From a virus: a stretch of 64,000 nucleotides of DNA. The stretch is taken from IMG/VR virus record IMGVR_UViG_3300027631_000014, positions 12,809-76,808 of that record. One strand, given 5' to 3'. Numbering within the stretch: position 1 is the stretch's first letter; each line of letters starts with the position of its first letter. Shown in pieces: positions 58,291-64,000 of this stretch. Under the pieces are notes generated by a model. It did not search any database. It was not told where the DNA came from and saw only the letters and a list, made by a program, of their open reading frames with translations. The position numbers and the translations under genes are program-made.

Positions 58291-59471
58291 AAAAAGATAT
58301 CCCTTTATTTAAAGTATTCATGTCTCCTACAGCAGGAGAAGAAGTTACTAAAGTACTCAACAGTGGTTATATAGGTCAAGGAGAAAAAGTAGATAAATTC
58401 GAAAAACAATTAACTTCCTATTTTAACAATGATTATATAGTAACTCTTAACTCAGCTACTTCAGCAGAACATTTAGCTTTCCATATGTTAAAAACACCTT
58501 CTACTAATTTAGTTCAATTTGATGGAGTAGGAAATGTAAATTCACACTGGCCTGGATTAGAAGAAGGAGATGAAGTATTAACAACACCTCTTACATGTAC
58601 TGCTACTAACTTTCCTATTTTAGCTAATGGATTAAAAATAAAATGGGTAGATGTAGATCCAGAAACATTAAACATGGATTTAGATGATTTATCAAGAAAA
58701 ATTACTGCTAAAACTAAAGTAATTATGGTGGTACATTGGGGAGGATATCCAATAGATTTAGACAAATTAAAATTAATCCAAAAGAAAGCCTATAAAATGT
58801 TTGGTTTTAGACCTGCTATTATTGAAGATTGTGCTCACGCATTTGGAAGTAAATATAAAGGTAAATTAATAGGAAATCACGGAAACATAAATACATTTAG
58901 TTTACAAGCTATTAAACATATAACATCAGTTGATGGTGGTTTATTATTTTTACCTCATGAAAATTTATATAAAAGAGGTAAATTGTTAAGATGGTATGGA
59001 ATTGATAGAGAATCTAACAGAAAAGATTTTAGATGTGAAGCAAATATTGAAGAATGGGGATTTAAATTTCATATGAATGATGTTAATGCAACTATAGGAA
59101 TGGAAAATTTCAAACATGTTAAAGAAATTACTTCTAAACATAAAGAAAATGCTGCTTACTATGATGAAGCTCTTAAAAACACCCCAGGTATCATATTGTT
59201 AAAACGCCATTCAGATAGAGAATCTTCATTTTGGATTTATTCAATTTTAGTAGATAGAAAAGAAGATTTTTACAGGTACATGAAAGAATGTGGAATATCA
59301 ACTTCTCAAGTACATGAAAGAAATGATATTCACTCATGCATGTCAGAATCTAAAGCTATATTACCTAATTTAGATAAAATTACTCCAAAATTATCTTCAC
59401 TACCTGTTGGATGGTGGGTAACTAAAGAAGATAGAGAATATATTGTTGAATGCATTAAAAAAGGTTGGTAA
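58287..59471 (+). CDS. DegT/DnrJ/EryC1/StrS PLP-dependent sugar aminotransferase
   Basis: NSATSA, GDEV, VHWGG, IEDCAHA, SLQAIKHITSVDGG. Confidence 0.92.
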   Translation: MKKDIPLFKVFMSPTAGEEVTKVLNSGYIGQGEKVDKFEKQLTSYFNNDYIVTLNSATSAEHLAFHMLKTPSTNLVQFDGVGNVNSHWPGLEEGDEVLTTPLTCTATNFPILANGLKIKWVDVDPETLNMDLDDLSRKITAKTKVIMVVHWGGYPIDLDKLKLIQKKAYKMFGFRPAIIEDCAHAFGSKYKGKLIGNHGNINTFSLQAIKHITSVDGGLLFLPHENLYKRGKLLRWYGIDRESNRKDFRCEANIEEWGFKFHMNDVNATIGMENFKHVKEITSKHKENAAYYDEALKNTPGIILLKRHSDRESSFWIYSILVDRKEDFYRYMKECGISTSQVHERNDIHSCMSESKAILPNLDKITPKLSSLPVGWWVTKEDREYIVECIKKGW

Positions 59472-59489
59472 TAATAAAAAAATAAAATT

Positions 59490-60050
59490 ATGAAATATAT
59501 TAATCCAAACATTGAAAGTTCATATAAAGAAAATAATTTAGGTAAAGTATTATATGATTATGTTATTCAAACTCAACCTAAAATAATAATTGAATTTGGA
59601 ACTCTTTATGGATATTCTGCAACATGTATGGCTATGGCTTTAGATGAGTTAAATAATGGAGGAAAAATTATATGTTATGATTTATGGGAAAAATATCCTT
59701 ATAAACATTCTGTTATAGAAAAAACAAAACAAAATCTAAAAAAATATAACATATCTCAATATGTAGAATTCAAAGAATTAGATTTTAAAGAATGGATACC
59801 TGAGGATTTTGATTTACTTCATGTAGATATTTCAAATGATGGAAATACTTTAATTGAACTAAATTTAAAATGTCTTAATCAATTAAAACAAGATAAACAT
59901 ATCCTATTTGAAGGTGGAAGTATAGAACGTGATAATGTTGAGTGGATGAAAAAATATAATAAACAACCCATTAACTCAATAAAATCACTTATTAACTACA
60001 ATATACTCTCAGAAAAATTTCCATCAATCTCTAAATTAGAATTCAAATGA
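59490..60050 (+). CDS. Class I SAM-dependent methyltransferase
   Basis: IIEFGTLYGYS, FDLLHVD. Confidence 0.75.
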   Translation: MKYINPNIESSYKENNLGKVLYDYVIQTQPKIIIEFGTLYGYSATCMAMALDELNNGGKIICYDLWEKYPYKHSVIEKTKQNLKKYNISQYVEFKELDFKEWIPEDFDLLHVDISNDGNTLIELNLKCLNQLKQDKHILFEGGSIERDNVEWMKKYNKQPINSIKSLINYNILSEKFPSISKLEFK

Positions 60051-60814
60051 AAAAATTAGCAGTAGTAGCCTCAGGATGGCATTTTCCATATAGCTTTTAT
60101 GAAGCTATAAAAAATCAAGACTTACCAGAAAATTGGGAAGTAGATATGTTTTGTATTTCTCACCGTGATCCTTCTTTCTCAGCTGAGGAAAAATCAAATA
60201 TGATTTTAGAAGGAAAAAGAGCTTATTTAGATTTAAAATTATATAATAAAATTGCATATGTAGAAGATATTAAAAATTTAGAATGGGATTATAAAAAATA
60301 TCCTAATACTATAGGAGATTGGGGATGTTCAAATCAATGGCTAGATGATAATAATTATAAAGATTATGATCTGATATTGTTTACTCATGATGATAATTTA
60401 ATATTATCTGAGAATTGGTTCTCAGATATCATATATAATGATGAATTCAATGACTGGGAAATTCTCTCAAATAGTTGTGGTGCACCTGCTGGTTGGTTAA
60501 GAGGATCTTGTGAATTTTTTAAACCAAGTCTTTTAGATAAGATAGGAGGAAAATTTGATTTATCATTAGTTAATTTAAACAGAACAAATAAATTCTATGG
60601 TTCACAAGATATAGCAGAACTCTCAGATTGGAATAATACAGTAATACCTTTAATGAATTTTATTAGACAAAATAATATTAAAGTAAAATACACATCTGAT
60701 TTTTATAGAATGTCAAAATATTGTTTAGAAGGAGAAAGAGGATTTATATCAAATACTGTGTCTACTAACATATCTAGTGAAGATCAAGGATTAAAACTAT
60801 TAAATTTAATATAA
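60047..60814 (+). CDS. Putative glycosyltransferase (GT-A)
   Basis: ILFTHDD DxD-like motif; cluster context. Confidence 0.55.
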   Translation: MKKLAVVASGWHFPYSFYEAIKNQDLPENWEVDMFCISHRDPSFSAEEKSNMILEGKRAYLDLKLYNKIAYVEDIKNLEWDYKKYPNTIGDWGCSNQWLDDNNYKDYDLILFTHDDNLILSENWFSDIIYNDEFNDWEILSNSCGAPAGWLRGSCEFFKPSLLDKIGGKFDLSLVNLNRTNKFYGSQDIAELSDWNNTVIPLMNFIRQNNIKVKYTSDFYRMSKYCLEGERGFISNTVSTNISSEDQGLKLLNLI

Positions 60815-60816
60815 AA

Positions 60817-61749
60817 ATGAATATTTTAGTAACAGGAGGAGCAGGTTTTATTGGCTCACATATAGTAGATTTTTTATTATTTAAAAATTATAATGTCACT
60901 GTTATAGATAATCTAGTGACAGGTAAAATAGAAAATATTTCCCATAATTTAAATAATCCTAATTTCACTTTTATTGAAAAAGATATATTTGACTTAGAAG
61001 ATATTTTACCTCACTTTAAAAATATAAATGTGATATGTCATCAAGCAGCTTGGGGTTCAGTTCCTAAATCAATAAAGCAACCTCTTGACTATAATAGAAA
61101 TAATATAACAGGATTTGTAAATATATTAGAATGCGCTCGAATTAATAATATTAAAAGAGTAATATATGCTAGTTCATCTTCAGTGTATGGAGATAACAAG
61201 GATTCAATTAAAAAAGAACAAAATGTAGGAACAATATTATCACCATATGCTTTAACAAAACATATTGATGAATTATTTGCAAATTTATACTTTAGATTAT
61301 ATAATGTAGAGACAATAGGACTAAGATACTTTAATATATTTGGAAACAGACAAAATCCAGAAGGAGATTATGCCGCAGTAATACCTAAATTTATTAAGAT
61401 TATTTCTAACAATCAATCTCCAATTATAAATGGAGATGGAACTATATCAAGAGATTTTACATATGTGTCTAATGCAGTTCAAGCAAATTATTTAGCTATA
61501 ATGACTAAAAATAAAAAAGCGTTTGGTAGAGCATTTAATGTAGGATGTGGAGATAGTATTACTATAAATGAATTAGCGGAAAATGTGAATACGTTATTAA
61601 ACAAAAACATTTCTCCAACATATGGTCCTTCTAGACAAGGAGACATTTTATATTCTAAAGCAGACATATGTGAAATTCAAAATATTTTAGAATATTCTCC
61701 TTTAATTAATTTTAAAGAAGGATTAAATAAACTGATAAATAATGGATAA
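60817..61749 (+). CDS. NAD-dependent nucleotide-sugar epimerase (WbpP/TviC-like)
   Basis: TGGAGFIGS, HQAA.GSVP, ASSSSVYG, YALTK, LRYFNIFG. Confidence 0.92.
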   Translation: MNILVTGGAGFIGSHIVDFLLFKNYNVTVIDNLVTGKIENISHNLNNPNFTFIEKDIFDLEDILPHFKNINVICHQAAWGSVPKSIKQPLDYNRNNITGFVNILECARINNIKRVIYASSSSVYGDNKDSIKKEQNVGTILSPYALTKHIDELFANLYFRLYNVETIGLRYFNIFGNRQNPEGDYAAVIPKFIKIISNNQSPIINGDGTISRDFTYVSNAVQANYLAIMTKNKKAFGRAFNVGCGDSITINELAENVNTLLNKNISPTYGPSRQGDILYSKADICEIQNILEYSPLINFKEGLNKLINNG

Positions 61750-62422
61750 AAAATTCTTAATATTAACATCTACATTAGGAGACAAAGATAAACTATCAGA
61801 TCCACCTAATATATATCCAAATTGTGATTACATAGCTATTGTTGATAAAGAACATGATGTTAAAGTATGGCAACAATATGGTCATTATAATTTTTCTTCA
61901 ATAGATCAATATACTCACAGAAGAAATGCTAAACTTTACAAAGTTCTTTCAACTATATTATTTCCTAACTATGAGTACATTATATGGCATGATGCTAATC
62001 ATCAATTAATGACTAATCCATCTGACATTATTGATGAGTATGGAAATTTTGACATATGTTTAATAAATCATCCTTTAAGAGATTGTGCATATGAAGAAAT
62101 AGAAGTGGTAGCAGCATGTAACTTAGATGATTTACATAATTTATATTCTCAAAAAATATATTATGAGTCAAAAGGTTTTCCAAAACATAATGGACTATAT
62201 GCTATGGGATGTCATATTAAGAAAAATACTCCAAAAATGACTACTTTTGAATTAAAATGGTGGGAACATATATGTAAATTTAGCTCAAGAGATCAATGTA
62301 GTTTTTCATACTGTTTATGGGAAATGGATAGTATATTAGATGTGAAAACTTTTGATTGTCCTAAAGAAAACACAATGAAATTAAATAAATATTTTAATGA
62401 TATAAACACTAGATTAAAATGA
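61742..62422 (+). CDS. DUF616/TOD1-MUCI70-like glycosyltransferase
   Basis: YIIWHDAN, HPLRDCAYEE, RDQCSF. Confidence 0.75.
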   Translation: MDKKFLILTSTLGDKDKLSDPPNIYPNCDYIAIVDKEHDVKVWQQYGHYNFSSIDQYTHRRNAKLYKVLSTILFPNYEYIIWHDANHQLMTNPSDIIDEYGNFDICLINHPLRDCAYEEIEVVAACNLDDLHNLYSQKIYYESKGFPKHNGLYAMGCHIKKNTPKMTTFELKWWEHICKFSSRDQCSFSYCLWEMDSILDVKTFDCPKENTMKLNKYFNDINTRLK

Positions 62423-63069
62423 AAGTAAACAGATTAATAATTGATTCAAGTGAATCAAAAACTGACTTATGTGAATTAGGAATTAAATATCCCACAGATA
62501 AATCACCATATGTTATACATGATGGTCATAGACATCCATACACTCCAATATATGATATGTTATTCGCATCTCTTCGGTATAAACCTTTAAGATTTGCAGA
62601 GGGAGGCATAGCAGAAAATATGTCAATGAAATGTTGGAGAGATTACTTTCCTTATGCTAAGTTATATGGATTTGAATATCTTCAAAATTATATTGATAAA
62701 GCTATAAATGATAATTTATATAATACAACCTACTGTTTTATGGATGTTTCTAATCCAAAATCTATCAAAGAATGTTTTGATTCTACAGGGGGAAGATTTG
62801 ATATTATTATAGATGATATGATTCATGATATAACACATAATACAATATTTGCAAAAACAGCATATAAATATTTAAATCCAGGTGGATATCTTATAATAGA
62901 AGATGTTTTTAGAAATAAAGATGAAAATAAATATTTAGATACTTTTAAAGATCTGATTCCATATTTCTCATCTATGACATTTATTGTAACAGAGCATGAT
63001 AATAGACACTCACCTGGATGGGATAATGATCAACTATTAGTATTACATAGAAACGAAAAATTATGTTAA
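62419..63069 (+). CDS. Class I SAM-dependent methyltransferase
   Basis: TDK, H.Y...Y, FDIIIDD..H, LNPGGYLIIED. Confidence 0.78.
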   Translation: MKVNRLIIDSSESKTDLCELGIKYPTDKSPYVIHDGHRHPYTPIYDMLFASLRYKPLRFAEGGIAENMSMKCWRDYFPYAKLYGFEYLQNYIDKAINDNLYNTTYCFMDVSNPKSIKECFDSTGGRFDIIIDDMIHDITHNTIFAKTAYKYLNPGGYLIIEDVFRNKDENKYLDTFKDLIPYFSSMTFIVTEHDNRHSPGWDNDQLLVLHRNEKLC

Positions 63070-63680
63070 CAGTATTATATACATATTTTGGGCAAAAAGA
63101 GAGAATTCCCCAAATAATAGAGCAAGGAATAAAAACAATGATAGTTGATGATTGTTCTAATGAACCTTTAAATTACATTGAAGGGATAGATGTGTTAAGA
63201 ATAACAGATGATATAAAATGGAATCAACCTGGTGCTAGAAATTTAGGATTTCAAGAATTAAAGAGTTGGATTATATGTGCAGATATAGATCATTTAGTTA
63301 CAAAAGAGATGTATGATTTTTTAGATAAAATGGATAAATTAAAAGGTACAATTTATTTTTTAAAACGAGACTTAAAACATGGTGATTCGTGTAATTTATA
63401 CTTAATACATAAAGATGATTTTGAGAGAATAGGAGGGTATGATGAAGATTTTAGTGGGAATTATGGATATGATGATTTATATTTTGAATATAAGTGTAAG
63501 ATGTTATTAAAAATTAAAAAATTACACAATCCACTCGCTGAAGTATATGCGGAAGAGAGTTCAAGTGAAGGTATTAGAGATACTAGAATTAATGAAAATC
63601 TTATAAATACAAAAATTACAAATAACCAATTAATACCAACAAAGAGAGTAAGATTTAATTGGAAAAAAGTAACAATATGA
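63063..63680 (+). CDS. Glycosyltransferase (GT2/GT7-like)
   Basis: IVDDCS, ARNLG, DID, GGYDEDF.G.YGYDD. Confidence 0.82.
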   Translation: MLTVLYTYFGQKERIPQIIEQGIKTMIVDDCSNEPLNYIEGIDVLRITDDIKWNQPGARNLGFQELKSWIICADIDHLVTKEMYDFLDKMDKLKGTIYFLKRDLKHGDSCNLYLIHKDDFERIGGYDEDFSGNYGYDDLYFEYKCKMLLKIKKLHNPLAEVYAEESSSEGIRDTRINENLINTKITNNQLIPTKRVRFNWKKVTI

Positions 63681-64000
63681 AAATCATCTATAGAATCTCA
63701 GACACCGGCTATAACAAAGTAAAGCCAGACTACATAACAAACGAAAATTGTTTAAAAAACTTTTGTAATGTATTTTTTGAAAATATTTGGGATATCCATA
63801 TTATAGCAGACAACATCTCTCAACAAACAAGAGATATGATTTGTAAGTATATAGATAAATCTCAAATCACTTATGCGTCAATAGGTCACGGAGCAGGAAC
63901 ATTCAATCTAGCCTTAGATATGGCTTTAAAAGGAAAAGATGATGAAATAGTTTACTTTGTAGAAAACGACTATATCCACTTACCTAACTCAGCTCAAATA
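63677..64000 (+). CDS. Putative glycosyltransferase (3' end outside window)
   Basis: MKIIYRISD...IVYFVENDYIH; frame open to the window end. Confidence 0.6.
   Translation, partial: MKIIYRISDTGYNKVKPDYITNENCLKNFCNVFFENIWDIHIIADNISQQTRDMICKYIDKSQITYASIGHGAGTFNLALDMALKGKDDEIVYFVENDYIHLPNSAQI

Noticed and set aside
421-59512. Minus-strand ORFs in the track (e.g. 722..1294, 2406..2756, 14242..14628, 41943..42266)
   Set aside because: All are antisense shadows of well-supported + strand genes, with no motifs or promoter context
1-64000. Stop-codon reassignment
   Set aside because: Core genes are full length in the standard code, and TAG/TGA terminate genes at the expected ends (e.g. thyA TAG)
1-64000. 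tRNA genes, integrase, reverse transcriptase/DGR
   Set aside because: No cloverleaf or T-loop motif was seen in the short intergenic gaps and no recombinase or RT motifs in the ORFs; a tRNAscan run would confirm

Overview
A 64-kb, AT-rich segment of a large lytic contractile-tailed (T4-like myovirus-type) bacteriophage. All real genes are on the + strand and read in the standard code. The host is probably a Bacteroidota/Flavobacterium-like bacterium: there are no Shine-Dalgarno motifs, starts sit in an A-rich (A/G)GTTATG context, and a recurrent GG-N19-TATATTTA promoter resembles the Bacteroidota -33/-7 consensus. Layout: 1-22.2 kb virion genes (fibre/adhesin proteins, neck, tail terminator, sheath, tube, chaperones, tape measure, baseplate with M23 peptidase); 22.3-32.7 kb replication and nucleotide genes (minimal PolA-like protein, HNH, SSB, UvsX, 5'-3' exonuclease, DnaB, NrdB/NrdA); 34-38.7 kb 7-deazaguanine DNA-modification cluster (TGT/DpdA-like, QueC, QueD, QueE, FolE); 39-43.6 kb variable small-gene array around an insertion-laden thyA; 43.6-54.4 kb amidase, MazG-like pyrophosphatase, PolB, clamp, GroES/GroEL, clamp loader, Cas4-like nuclease; 54.4-64 kb glycosylation cluster. 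Most interesting: (1) a stand-alone protein built from two ThyA insertion loops, inside a gene-cassette array bounded by duplicated thyA ends; (2) an LCIB/theta-carbonic anhydrase homologue among the virion genes; (3) a thumb-less PolA preceded by a three-hairpin GC-rich element; (4) a probable +1 frameshift in the tail chaperone genes; (5) putative capsid-injected proteins with a shared N-terminal leader. All family assignments come from motif recognition by eye; no database searches were run.
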